Shown: one piece after another, positions 47,696-57,464 of the stretch
Layout of the letters: each line of letters begins with the position of its first letter
Numbering within the stretch: the stretch's first letter is position 1
NCBI GenBank assembly: GCA_963706075.1
Contig: CAVPLP010000002.1
Location: 345,626 to 409,625, forward strand
DNA length: 64,000 nt
Direction: 5' to 3'
Source of the DNA: an uncultured Actinomycetes bacterium
GTDB taxonomy: Bacteria > Actinomycetota > Thermoleophilia > Gaiellales > JAICJC01
The notes under the pieces: generated by a model
Database searches by the model: none
What the model was told of the DNA's origin: nothing
Seen by the model: the letters and a program-made list of their open reading frames with translations, nothing else
Made by a program: the position numbers and the translations under genes

Positions 47696-48178
47696 CTACT
47701 TGCCGCGGCGGATGCGCTCGAGCGCGGCCCGGACATCGGGGTCGAGCGTGTCGCCGAGGGTCGTCCGGCGGCCGGAGGCAGGCGGAGGCGGACGCCGAGG
47801 CGGCCCCGCTCCCAGACGGTCGAGGAACTCCCGCGCGCTCATTGCGTGGACGCCGCCGCGCTGGGCCACGTGGCGCAGGACGGCGTCGTTCGAGACGACG
47901 GTGACGGTCCCGGGAGCGGCGCTCGCGCTGCGGTGCGACAGCCGCTCGATCACGGTGTCGGCCGTCTCGCGGCCCGAGTACACCACGCGCACCTGTCCGA
48001 TCTGGCGGCCGGTACCGTCGCCGTCGAAGACCAGCACCACGTCGATGCCCGACTCCGAGGCGAAGCCCGCGACGTCGCCCACGAGCTGCTCGCGCACCCG
48101 GACGTAGTCGGATCCCGCCCCGCGGACGTGCGCGACGTTGTCGCCGTCGAGGATGAAGAGCTCGCGCTCGTCAGCCAT
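47696..48178 (-). CDS. NYN domain protein (YacP/Rae1-like)
   Basis: ILDGDN, VFDG, TADTVIE, VVSND. Confidence 0.9.
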   Translation of the reverse strand: MADERELFILDGDNVAHVRGAGSDYVRVREQLVGDVAGFASESGIDVVLVFDGDGTGRQIGQVRVVYSGRETADTVIERLSHRSASAAPGTVTVVSNDAVLRHVAQRGGVHAMSAREFLDRLGAGPPRRPPPPASGRRTTLGDTLDPDVRAALERIRRGK

Positions 48179-48869
48179 CGCCGCGCTGCCTGCGGGCCTC
48201 GAAGAGCAGCACCGCCGCCGCCGTGCTCACGTTCAGCGACTCGACCCGGCCGCCGAGGCCGATCGACACCTCCTGGTCGCACGATGCCCGCACGCGCGGC
48301 CGAAGGCCACGCCCCTCCGCCCCGAGGACGAACACAGCGCCGTCGCGGTAGTCCGCCGCGTGGTACGCCGTCGCAGCCCCCGCTGCGGCGGCGTAGCTCC
48401 AGAGGCCGGGCCGGCGCACGTCGATCACGAACTGGGCCAGGTTCTCGACCCGTGCGATCCGCAGGTGCTCGACCGCACCGGCCGAGGCGCGGCACACCGC
48501 GGCCGTCACCGTCGCCGACCTCCGGCGCGTGATCACGAGCCCATCGGCGCCGGCACACTCGGCCACCCGCGCGACGGCGCCCAGGTTGTGCGGGTCGGTC
48601 ACCTCGTCGAGGGCGACGACCAGGGGCCGCTCGCCGGCCATGATCTCGGCGACGCCCGCGTACGGGTACGGCGCGACCTCGGCCACCACACCCTGGTGCT
48701 CGTCGCTCCCCGCCCGCCCCGTCAGCCGGTCGGCCGCCTCCACGGCGGCCCGCTCGGGCAGCCATTCGAGCGTCTCGCGCGATCGCGCCGTGCACCACAC
48801 GCGCGTCACCTGGCGCCGTCCGCGGAGGGCCTCGCGCACGGGGCGCCGACCGTAGACGACCTCAGTCAC
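48171..48869 (-). CDS. rlmB: 23S rRNA Gm2251 methyltransferase
   Basis: HQGVVA, DPHNLGA, GAEGRG, ESLNVS. Confidence 0.95.
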   Translation of the reverse strand: MTEVVYGRRPVREALRGRRQVTRVWCTARSRETLEWLPERAAVEAADRLTGRAGSDEHQGVVAEVAPYPYAGVAEIMAGERPLVVALDEVTDPHNLGAVARVAECAGADGLVITRRRSATVTAAVCRASAGAVEHLRIARVENLAQFVIDVRRPGLWSYAAAAGAATAYHAADYRDGAVFVLGAEGRGLRPRVRASCDQEVSIGLGGRVESLNVSTAAAVLLFEARRQRGDG

Positions 48870-50157
48870 GGCGGACGAGGTCGTGCCCCTCGGCGGTGTC
48901 GCGCACCTCCCAGCCGAGCTCGGCGATCGCCTCCCGCAGCCGGTCTGACTCGTCGAAGTCGCGCTCGGCGCGGGCCGCATCGCGCGCCGCAGCCAGCTCC
49001 TCCACCTCGCCCGGGGCCTGCTCGGAGACCGCCAGGGATCCCAGGCCGAGCACCCCGAGCACCTCGGCGACGGTGTCGCGCGCCTCCGGCGGGGCCCGGA
49101 ACAGCACCGCGAGCGCCCGCGGGGTGGCGAAGTCGTCGTCGAGCGCCTCGCACACCGCCCCGCGCACCGCGACGTCCTCCCCGCTCCCCGATCGCAGCCT
49201 GTTTCGCAGCGTCTCGCACGCTGCCCGTGCCCGCTCGAGCGCCGCGTCGTCGTAGTCGACCGGGCTTGCGTAGTGGGCCTGGAGCATGAACATGATCAGG
49301 GTCTCGGCCCCCCAGCGGTCGAGCGCGTCGGAGAGCTGGTCGATGTTGCCCTCCGACTTCGACATCTTCTCGCCGGCGAGCCGCAAGAGCCCGTTGTGCG
49401 CCCAGATCTGCGCAAAGGGACGGCCGATCGAGCACGACTGCGCGATCTCGTTCTCGTGGTGGGGGAAGATCAGGTCGCGCCCGCCGCCATGCACGGCGAA
49501 CTCCCGTCCGAGCAGCTTTTCGGCCATCGCCGAGCACTCGATGTGCCAGGCCGGGCGGCCGTCGCCCCACGGCGAGGGCCACCACGTGTCCTCGTCGTCC
49601 TTGGTCGCCTTCCAGAGCGCGAAGTCGACCGGGTCTCGCTTGTGCTCGCCCGGCTCCGCCCGCGCGCCGGACTCGACCTCGTCGGGACGCTGGCCCGAGA
49701 GCTCGCCGTAGCGGTCGAAACTCCTGACGGCGAAGTAGACATCGCCGCCCGCCTCGTAGGCGTGCCCCGCGGCGATGAGCTCCTCGATCAGCGCGACGAT
49801 CTCGGGGATCGTCTCGCTCGCCAGCGGCTCGTCGTCGGGCCTCCCGAGGCCGAGCCGGTCGGTGTCCTCGATGAACGCCCGCGCCATCTCTGCCGCCAGC
49901 GCGTCCGATCGGACGCCCTTCGCCCGGGCGGCGACGTAGATCTTGTCGTTGATGTCGGTGATGTTCTGGACGAGGTGCACCAGCCGGCCGCGCCACTCCA
50001 GATAGCGCTTCATCTGGAGGAACACCACGACCGGCCGTGCGTTCCCGACGTGGATCCGGTCGTAGATCGTCGGGCCGCAGACGTAGACGCCGATCTTGGC
50101 GTCCGGGCCCGGCTTGACCTCGCGGAGCTCGCCCGTGAGCGAGTCGCGGAGCCTCAT
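48862..50157 (-). CDS. cysS: Cysteine--tRNA ligase
   Basis: CGPT.Y..HVGN, WHIECS, FPHHENE, KMSKS. Confidence 0.98.
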   Translation of the reverse strand: MRLRDSLTGELREVKPGPDAKIGVYVCGPTIYDRIHVGNARPVVVFLQMKRYLEWRGRLVHLVQNITDINDKIYVAARAKGVRSDALAAEMARAFIEDTDRLGLGRPDDEPLASETIPEIVALIEELIAAGHAYEAGGDVYFAVRSFDRYGELSGQRPDEVESGARAEPGEHKRDPVDFALWKATKDDEDTWWPSPWGDGRPAWHIECSAMAEKLLGREFAVHGGGRDLIFPHHENEIAQSCSIGRPFAQIWAHNGLLRLAGEKMSKSEGNIDQLSDALDRWGAETLIMFMLQAHYASPVDYDDAALERARAACETLRNRLRSGSGEDVAVRGAVCEALDDDFATPRALAVLFRAPPEARDTVAEVLGVLGLGSLAVSEQAPGEVEELAAARDAARAERDFDESDRLREAIAELGWEVRDTAEGHDLVRRD

Positions 50158-51272
50158 GCGGCCCTCCGCACGGCCTCGTCGCGCGGGAGGGCGGCGAGCA
50201 CCGCCCACAGCTCGGGCCCGGTCGTCCGCCCCGTCAGCGCGAGCCGGGCGCTGCGAAGCGGGATGCCGCGCCGGCGCAGTTCGTCGACGAGCTCACGGGC
50301 CTGCATCTCGTCGAGGTGCTCGGGGAGCCCCTGGCGCAGCTCGGCCAGCTCGGGCAGGGTCGAGCGCTCGTCCGGCGCGTCGAGCACGCACGCGACGAGC
50401 TCGGCCGCCTCGACCAGCGTGTGGGCGCCGTGCAGCGCGGGCGCCATCGCCTCGACGGCCGCGGCCGGCGTCCCCGGCCGGCAGAACGGCAGGACGGCGG
50501 CCACGAAGGCGCCGTTTCCCAAGCGGGCCAGGTGCATCGCCGAGAGCGACCGCAGCCGCGCCGGGTCGAGCCGGACGTCGCCGCGGGCGATCCGGTCGGG
50601 CTCGAACCGGTCGACGAGCTCCGGCATGTCGAGCACCTCGCCCGGCCCCGAGCTCGCCACCAGGCCCAGCATGTTCACGACGGCCGTGGGCGGATATCCG
50701 GCGGCGCGCAGGTCGGCCACCGACGCGTCCCCCTCGCGCTTCGAGAGCTTCCCGTCGCTGCCGAGGACGATGGCGTGGTGGATGAAGACCGGCGGCTCGG
50801 CGCCAAGCGCCTGGAACGCCCCGACGTGCAGATCCTCGTTGGCGCGATGGTCGCCGCCGCGGATGATGTGGGTGATCCCGAAGTCCAGATCGTCGACCAC
50901 GCTCGCCCAGTGGTACGTCGGCCGGCCGTCGCCGCGCACGATCACGAACGGCCGCACCCCCGGCGGCGCCAGGTAGAGGGCGCCGTCGCGGATCGACGTG
51001 TCGCGCGCGGTGTTCGCCGCCTCGACGTGCCGCTCGGCGCGCGAGCTCTGGCGGATCGGGCCATCGTCCCAGCCGATCCCGAGCCACTCGAGGTCGGCGA
51101 GGATCGCGTCCTCGGCCCCCGGCACCGTCCGCTCGGCGTCGGTGTCGTCGATGCGAAGCAGCATCGTGCCGCCCTGTTTGCTCGCGAACAGGCGGTTCAC
51201 GAGGGCCGTGAGGGCGCTCCCGAGATGGAGCGAGCCGGTCGGGCTCGGCGCGAAGCGGACGTGGACGGTCAC
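50154..51272 (-). CDS. gltX: Glutamate--tRNA ligase, unusually short
   Basis: RFAPSPTG.LHLG, RIDDTD, PTYH..VVDD, KLSKR, LTG...GP; sits upstream of cysS. Confidence 0.85.
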   Translation of the reverse strand: MTVHVRFAPSPTGSLHLGSALTALVNRLFASKQGGTMLLRIDDTDAERTVPGAEDAILADLEWLGIGWDDGPIRQSSRAERHVEAANTARDTSIRDGALYLAPPGVRPFVIVRGDGRPTYHWASVVDDLDFGITHIIRGGDHRANEDLHVGAFQALGAEPPVFIHHAIVLGSDGKLSKREGDASVADLRAAGYPPTAVVNMLGLVASSGPGEVLDMPELVDRFEPDRIARGDVRLDPARLRSLSAMHLARLGNGAFVAAVLPFCRPGTPAAAVEAMAPALHGAHTLVEAAELVACVLDAPDERSTLPELAELRQGLPEHLDEMQARELVDELRRRGIPLRSARLALTGRTTGPELWAVLAALPRDEAVRRAA

Positions 51273-51292
51273 GCGGGTACGTTAAATGACCG

Positions 51293-51721
51293 TCAGACGA
51301 CCGCGCGGGGCTGCGCCTCGCGCAGCCGCTCGGCGAGCGCCTTCATGATCTTGCCCTGCACGCTCGGGTACTTCGAGACGAGCGTGCGGAAGCCGCCGAT
51401 GTCGAGCACGAGGAGCCGGCACGGCTCGGCGGCGATCACCGTCGCCGTGCGCGGGCCGCGATCGATGAGCGCGATCTCGCCCATGAAGTCGCCCGGCCCG
51501 AGCTCGTTGATCTTGCGCCCGTTGCGCTCGACCCGCACGGTGCCCGAGATGACGATGAAGAACTCCCGGCCGGCCGCGCCCTCGCGCATGAGCACGCGCC
51601 CGTCCTTCACGTCGACCTCGTCCATGAGCCGCCCGACGGCCTCGATCTCGCGCCGGTTGAAGCCGGTGAACAGCGGCACCGATGCGATGAGGGTGAGCTT
51701 GGGATCGGTCTGCTTGGCCAT
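51293..51721 (-). CDS. Stand-alone cyclic nucleotide-binding domain protein
   Basis: GDFMGEIAL, PRTATV. Confidence 0.92.
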   Translation of the reverse strand: MAKQTDPKLTLIASVPLFTGFNRREIEAVGRLMDEVDVKDGRVLMREGAAGREFFIVISGTVRVERNGRKINELGPGDFMGEIALIDRGPRTATVIAAEPCRLLVLDIGGFRTLVSKYPSVQGKIMKALAERLREAQPRAVV

Positions 51722-51909
51722 CGCCCGCCGATCTTACCCTCCCGCGCCCCCTGACCTCAGGATTCCGTAAGGGATCGGAGAACTCGCTTGCTCGATCCCG
51801 TTATCCACGGGCGGCACAGTCCCCGCAGCGCTCCTGACGGCAGGTAAGCGCAGCCCGAGAACGTGTCAAGCGTTCTCACCACCGTTTCACCCCGTCGTAT
51901 CCGGATGCG

Positions 51910-51936
51910 TGCAGCTAGAGCATGTTCTGCCGATAA
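51910..51936 (+). promoter_or_regulatory. Sigma28-like promoter (-10 GCCGATAA)
   Basis: GCCGATAA at 51929-51936, 7 nt before an in-frame GTG; -35 weak. Confidence 0.6.
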
Positions 51937-51943
51937 CAACAGG

Positions 51944-54346
51944 GTGAACTCGTTCTCGCGGCCCGTGCGCGGCCGGACGCGGCGCGCGCTCCTGATCGTC
52001 CTGCCCACCGCTGCGGCAGTCGCCGCGCTGCTCAGCGTCATGACGCTGGGCGTCACGGCGGCCGAGGCCGGCGTCGTCATCGCCGCCGCCGCAGGCCTGT
52101 GGGTCTGGCTGGGAACGGTGCGGACGCGCGTCGAGGAGAGCCGTCTCCTGGCGCTCACGGACGACCTGACCGGCCTCGGCAACAGGCGCCGCCTGCTCGG
52201 CGATCTCGAGCGGGCGATCGGAGAGGGCACCGACCACTCGCCGTCGGCGCTCGCCATGTTCGACCTCGACGGATTCAAGGCATACAACGACACCCACGGC
52301 CACCCCGCCGGGGATGCGCTGCTGGCGCGGCTCGGCGAGCGGCTCGCTGCGACATTCGACGAGGCGGGTGCCGCGTACCGGCTGGGCGGCGACGAGTTCT
52401 GCGTGCTTCTCCACGGCTCGCCTGCCGAGCTCGAGCACGCCCTGGCGTCCGCGCTGGGTGCTCTGACGGAGGAGGACGCCGACGTCCGCCCGTCATACGG
52501 CTTCGCGCTCCTGCCTCGGGAGGCGCGCGACCCCTCGTCGGCGCTTCGCATCGTCGATCAGCGCATGTACGCCCAGAAGGACGACCGGCGCGCGTCGACC
52601 AAGCGCCAGGCGCGCGACCTCCTTCTCGCCGTGCTCGACCAGCACGCGCCCGACCTGCGCGCGCACTCCGACTGGGTGTCCGACCTCGCGCGGTCGGTGG
52701 CCCAGAGGCTCGGTCTCGGACACGACCAGGTCGAGGAGATCACGCTCGCCGCCGACCTGCACGACATCGGCAAGGCCGTCGTGCCGCGCGGCATCCTCGA
52801 AAAGCCCGGCCCGCTCGACAAGGCCGAGTGGGAGGTGATGCGACGGCACACGCTCGTCGGCGAGGCGATCCTGGCCGCCGCCCCGGTGCTCACGGGCGCG
52901 GCGCGGCTCGTGCGCTGGACACACGAGCGGATGGACGGCGCCGGCTACCCGGACGGCCTGCCCGGCGACGAGATCCCGCTGGGCTCGCGCATCATCGCCG
53001 TCTGCGACGCCTTCGACGCGATGACGAGCGATCGCGCTTACCGGCCCGCGATGTCGCGCCAGGACGCGATGGCCGAGCTCGAGGCCGGAGCCGGCACGCA
53101 GTTCGATCCAGCCGTCGTCGAGGCCGCGCGCGCCGCGCTCGAGCATCCGTCCGCCAAGCGCCGCGCCCCGGCGCCGACCGCCGGCCGGCGGGCCCCCGAC
53201 CTCTCACCCGTGGCCCGGATCCAGGGCCTCGTCGACATCATCCGCCTCGTCCGGATGCGCGACGAGCCCGACCGCCTGCTCGACGAGATCGCCTCGACGG
53301 TCGGCACCGCGCTCGGCCTGGACACGGTCGTCATCAACCTGTATCGCCCCGAGTGGGACGACTACGTCGTCTGCAGCGTCCACGGCAACGAGGAGGCCGT
53401 CGAGACGCTGCTCGGCTCGACGTACCCCCGCGAATGGTTCGACCCGATCATGGACCCGCAGTTCCTGCGCCGCGGCGCGTACGTCATCGACCAGGGGAAG
53501 TTCGACTGGAGCGCGCACCTCGGCGACCGGTACGTCCCGAGCGCGCCCGAGAGCACGATCCCGGGCGCCTGGCAGCCCGGAGACGAGCTCTTCGTCCCGT
53601 TCCACCACTCCGAGGGGCACATCCTCGGCATCTTCTCGGTCGGCGACCCCGCATCGGGAATGCGGCTCTCCGACGAGGAGCTCGACGTGCTGGTCGCGGC
53701 CGCGTCGCAGGCCGCCGTCCTCACCGAGGCCGCCCAGTCCGCCGCCAACTGGGCACGGTCGCAGACGGCGCTCACGGAGCTTCTCGCGGTCTCGTCACGG
53801 CTGCTCGAGTCGGGCTCGGTCGACGATGTGCTCTCGGTCGTCTGCACCGCGATCGAGTCGGCCCTCGGGTTCGACAAGGTCGTGATCCAGCTTCGCGACC
53901 CGGCAGCGGGCAACTACCCGACGGTCGCCGGAATCGGGTGGTCGGCGGGCGACGCGGCGCTCGAGACACCGACGACGGCCGCCGACCTCGACCGCCTGCT
54001 CGACGCGGAGTTCGAGATCGAAGGGTGCTACCTCCTGCCATACGAGGAGGGAGCCGCGCGCTGCTCGGCAGCGTCGGTCAGCTACAGCTCGCAGCTGAAC
54101 GGCGCGGGCCCCAACGCGTGGAACCGCCACTGGCTCCTCGTGCCGCTGCGCCAGACCGACGGCCGGCTGGTGGGCGTCATCTGGGTCGACGACCCCCGCG
54201 ACCGGCTGCTGCCGATCCCGCGCCGCCTCCAGGCGCTCCGCCTCTTCGCCAACCAGGCGACGTCAGCGCTCGCCACCGCCCGCATGCTCGAGACGCTGAG
54301 CGAGCTCGAGGGTCGCGACGACCCCGGGCTCGAGCGCGCGGCGTAG
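51944..54346 (+). CDS. TM-GGDEF-HD-GYP-GAF-GAF c-di-GMP enzyme
   Basis: D.LTGL.NRR, RLGGDEF, LHDIGK, HERMDG.GYP, two GAF-like C-terminal domains. Confidence 0.93.
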   Translation: MNSFSRPVRGRTRRALLIVLPTAAAVAALLSVMTLGVTAAEAGVVIAAAAGLWVWLGTVRTRVEESRLLALTDDLTGLGNRRRLLGDLERAIGEGTDHSPSALAMFDLDGFKAYNDTHGHPAGDALLARLGERLAATFDEAGAAYRLGGDEFCVLLHGSPAELEHALASALGALTEEDADVRPSYGFALLPREARDPSSALRIVDQRMYAQKDDRRASTKRQARDLLLAVLDQHAPDLRAHSDWVSDLARSVAQRLGLGHDQVEEITLAADLHDIGKAVVPRGILEKPGPLDKAEWEVMRRHTLVGEAILAAAPVLTGAARLVRWTHERMDGAGYPDGLPGDEIPLGSRIIAVCDAFDAMTSDRAYRPAMSRQDAMAELEAGAGTQFDPAVVEAARAALEHPSAKRRAPAPTAGRRAPDLSPVARIQGLVDIIRLVRMRDEPDRLLDEIASTVGTALGLDTVVINLYRPEWDDYVVCSVHGNEEAVETLLGSTYPREWFDPIMDPQFLRRGAYVIDQGKFDWSAHLGDRYVPSAPESTIPGAWQPGDELFVPFHHSEGHILGIFSVGDPASGMRLSDEELDVLVAAASQAAVLTEAAQSAANWARSQTALTELLAVSSRLLESGSVDDVLSVVCTAIESALGFDKVVIQLRDPAAGNYPTVAGIGWSAGDAALETPTTAADLDRLLDAEFEIEGCYLLPYEEGAARCSAASVSYSSQLNGAGPNAWNRHWLLVPLRQTDGRLVGVIWVDDPRDRLLPIPRRLQALRLFANQATSALATARMLETLSELEGRDDPGLERAA

Positions 54347-54467
54347 TACGGATCATCGCCGACCCCCTGATCGGGCTCATCGGTAGCCGCCCGCAGACCG
54401 AATCCGCGGCGTCCCCGATGCGGCCGGGCCGTGCCGGTGGCATGGTGGATTCGTCTCACAAGAACGA

Positions 54468-55184
54468 ATGGAGGCGATGACCATGGCGACCCTTGTACAC
54501 ACAAGGTCGGCAACCATCCCGGATGTCGTCCGCCAGGGAGCGTGGTTCGTCTTCGGCTCCGCCCTCGCGTTCGCGATCCCGTACGTCGGCGTGTCGCAGC
54601 TCCACCTTCAGCACGACGTCTACTACGGCGCGTACTTCACGGTCACGCTGGCGCTGCTGGGGACGTACGCCCGCGCGGAGCAGGTCGACGTGCGCGCGCT
54701 CTTCACCCGCCACTGGCTCTCGAGCCTGATCATCGGGATCCCGGTCGCGGCGTTCGTCGTCTGGAACGTCTTTCGCACCGATGACGCGACATCGAGGCCC
54801 CACGGTGCCTATTTCGCGTTCGAGCTCCTGTGGCGAGGCGTCGGCTACGGCACGGTCGACGCGCTGCTCCTGACGGTCTTCCCGTGCGTCGTGGCCTACA
54901 CCATGTTGCACGGCCGGATGACGACCGTGTTCAGGCGCGCGCGCTTCATCGCGATCGCGCTCCCGATGGTTCTCGTCATCACCGCGACGTACCACCTCGG
55001 ATACCCGCAGTACCGCCAGGACGGCGTCGCGAAGCCGGAGATCGGAAACACGCTCATCTCGATTCCGATGCTCGCCACGGCGAACCCGATCGGGTCGATC
55101 GGCGCGCACATCTCGATGCACGTGACGGCGGTGGTGCACTCCTACGAGACGCCCACGTTCCTGCCGCCTCAGTCCAAGAGCTGA
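54468..55184 (+). CDS. Membrane protein, possibly a degenerate CPBP/Abi-like fold
   Basis: Several TMs, ELLWRG, YHLGY, AHISMH. Confidence 0.7.
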   Translation: MEAMTMATLVHTRSATIPDVVRQGAWFVFGSALAFAIPYVGVSQLHLQHDVYYGAYFTVTLALLGTYARAEQVDVRALFTRHWLSSLIIGIPVAAFVVWNVFRTDDATSRPHGAYFAFELLWRGVGYGTVDALLLTVFPCVVAYTMLHGRMTTVFRRARFIAIALPMVLVITATYHLGYPQYRQDGVAKPEIGNTLISIPMLATANPIGSIGAHISMHVTAVVHSYETPTFLPPQSKS

Positions 55185-55190
55185 GCCGGG

Positions 55191-55959
55191 TCACCGGCAG
55201 GCGGTGAGGCCCCCGTCGACGACCAGCGCGTGGCCCGTGACGTACGTCGCGTCGTCGGACGCGAGGAACGTCACGGCGGCCGCGATCTCCTCCGGCGTTC
55301 CCTGCCTTCCCATCGGGACGGTCGCCTTGACCATCGCGTCCACCTCGTCGTCGCTCATCCCCTCGAGGACGGGATCGTTGAAGCCGGTCGGGATCCAGCC
55401 CGGGCACACGCAGTTCACGCGGATGCCCTGCCGCGTGTAGTCGGCGGCGAGCTGCCGCGTCAGGTTGACGACAGCGCCCTTGGAGGAGTTGTACGCCGGA
55501 ATCCCCATCTCTCCCACGAGCCCGGACGTCGACGCCGTGTTCACGATCGCGCCGCCGTTCGGAAGCATGAGCGGGATCACGGCGCGCGACACGAGGAACA
55601 TCGACCGGACGTTGACGGCGAACGTGAGGTCCCACTCGTCGACCGAGAGGTCGGTGACGCTGCCGCCGCGCAGCCGCCCCGCGTTGTTGTGCAGGACGTC
55701 GACCCGACCGTGGGCCGTGGCGATGCGAGCGCCGAGGTCGGCCACCGCCTGCTCGTCGGAGACGTCGGCGACCATCGCCTGGGCGAGTACCGCCCTCCGC
55801 GGTGATGAGATCGACGGTCTCGGCCGCGCCGCTCTCGTTCATGTCGACCACGACCACATGGGCGCCCTCGCCGGCGAACCGCCAGGCTGTGGCGCGGCCG
55901 ATCCCGTGCCCGGCGCCCGTCACGACCACGACCTTACCCTCGAACCGCATCGAGCTCAT
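55191..55959 (-). CDS. SDR oxidoreductase, frameshift near 55787
   Basis: TGAGHGIG in one frame; NNAG, YNSSKG, RVNCVCPG in the next. Confidence 0.9.
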
Positions 55960-56883
55960 CTCCCTCCCCGTCCGCGCGAACGCGCGACGATATCGGCGGC
56001 CACGTAGCGGGCCAGCCGAGGGTTTTCCTTGAACCGCCGGACGCAATAGGCGTACCAGTCCTCGCCGTACGGGACGTAGACCCGCACGCGGCTCCCCCGC
56101 TCGATGAGCGCATCGCCCAGAGGCTCCCTGACGCCGAGCAGCATCTGGAACTCGTATCCGTCGGCGCCCCGTCCATGGCGGTCGACGGCGTCGAGGGCAT
56201 GCCAGTGGATCCACTCGTCGTGCGACGCGACCGCGACGAACGCCCCGGCCGCAAGCAGCTCGTCGAGCAGCCGGACGTAGCTGCCCCGGATCACGTCGTA
56301 GTCGGAATAGGCAACGCCGGGCGGCTCGACCCAGATCCCCTTGACGAGCCTGACCCGCGGCGTGAGCGCCAGCAGCCCGCGCACGTCGTCGCGCGAGCGC
56401 CGCAGGTAGGCCTGGAGCGCGATGACGACGTTGTCGTAGCCGTCCTCTCGAAGCGATCGGTAGAGGTCGATGGTCGCGTCGGTCGTGGTCGAGTCCTCCA
56501 TGTCGAGCTCGACTGCGAGCGACCGGGCGCCAGCGTCGTCGGCGATCGCGCGGACGTTCTCGGCACAGAGCGCCGGGTCGAGCTTCAGCCCGAGCGCGGT
56601 CATCTTGAGGCTCAGCGTCGCGTCCAGGCCGTCGTCGGCGAAGGCGGCGAGCGCCCGTCCGTACTCGGCGACGAGGGCTGCGATCTGTTCACGCGAGGTG
56701 AGCTGCTCGCCGAGGACGTCGACCGTCGCCGACCGGCCGCGACGCCTCGAGGCCGCGGATCGCCGCAAGCGCGTCGGCGAGCGACGGTCCCGCGATGTAG
56801 CGACGCGAGAGCGGCCGCACGATCGCCTTCGGAACGACCGGGATGGCCTGGACGAGGACGCGGTCGAGGAGCGAGCCGGCCAT
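55956..56883 (-). CDS. Monofunctional proline dehydrogenase family protein, frameshift near 56742
   Basis: RRYIAG; DVLGE, SLK, DME, QAYL, RLVKG, EFQMLLG, YVPYG, RR.KE. Confidence 0.9.
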
Positions 56884-57464
56884 CACCAGTACGAGATGCT
56901 GCACACGGCGATCAGCGAGACCGGCTCGTCGGTGTGGTTGGCGACTCCGTGCTCGACGACTCCCGGGAAGATGACCGTGTTCCCCGCCTCGACGGTGTAG
57001 AGCTCGGAGCCGTAGATGAACGTCGGCGTGCCCGCCGTGACGATCCAGATGTCCTCGCCGCGATGCGAGCGGACATCCGCGAACCGTGCGCCAGGGGCGA
57101 GCGTGACCGCGACGAGCTGCGGGTGCTCACGCCGGATGATCCGGTAGTCGACGCCCTCACCCCGCTCGATGGCCGGCGACGAGGCGATCGTGCGGACGTC
57201 GGGAGGGGCGGGCGTCGGGTCGTCGCTCAGGAGGTCGGCCACCGACACGCCGAGGAAGCCCGTGAGGCGCGTGAAGCGGGCGAGCGACATGTCGGTCTCG
57301 CCCCGCTCGACCATCCCGAGGAACGAGGCCGAGACGCCCACGGCCGCCGCGACCTCCCTCCGCGTCAGGCCGCGCGCACGCCGGAGCGCGTGGAGCCGGG
57401 CGCCGAGCGCGCGCTGGCGGCCGTCGGCATCGACGGGAACCGAGGCGACGGGCTCGGCGCTCAC
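56883..57464 (-). CDS. XRE HTH plus cupin transcriptional regulator (PuuR-like)
   Basis: LR..RGLT..EVA..VGVS..FL..VERG; H.GED, H.VAN. Confidence 0.9.
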   Translation of the reverse strand: MSAEPVASVPVDADGRQRALGARLHALRRARGLTRREVAAAVGVSASFLGMVERGETDMSLARFTRLTGFLGVSVADLLSDDPTPAPPDVRTIASSPAIERGEGVDYRIIRREHPQLVAVTLAPGARFADVRSHRGEDIWIVTAGTPTFIYGSELYTVEAGNTVIFPGVVEHGVANHTDEPVSLIAVCSISYW

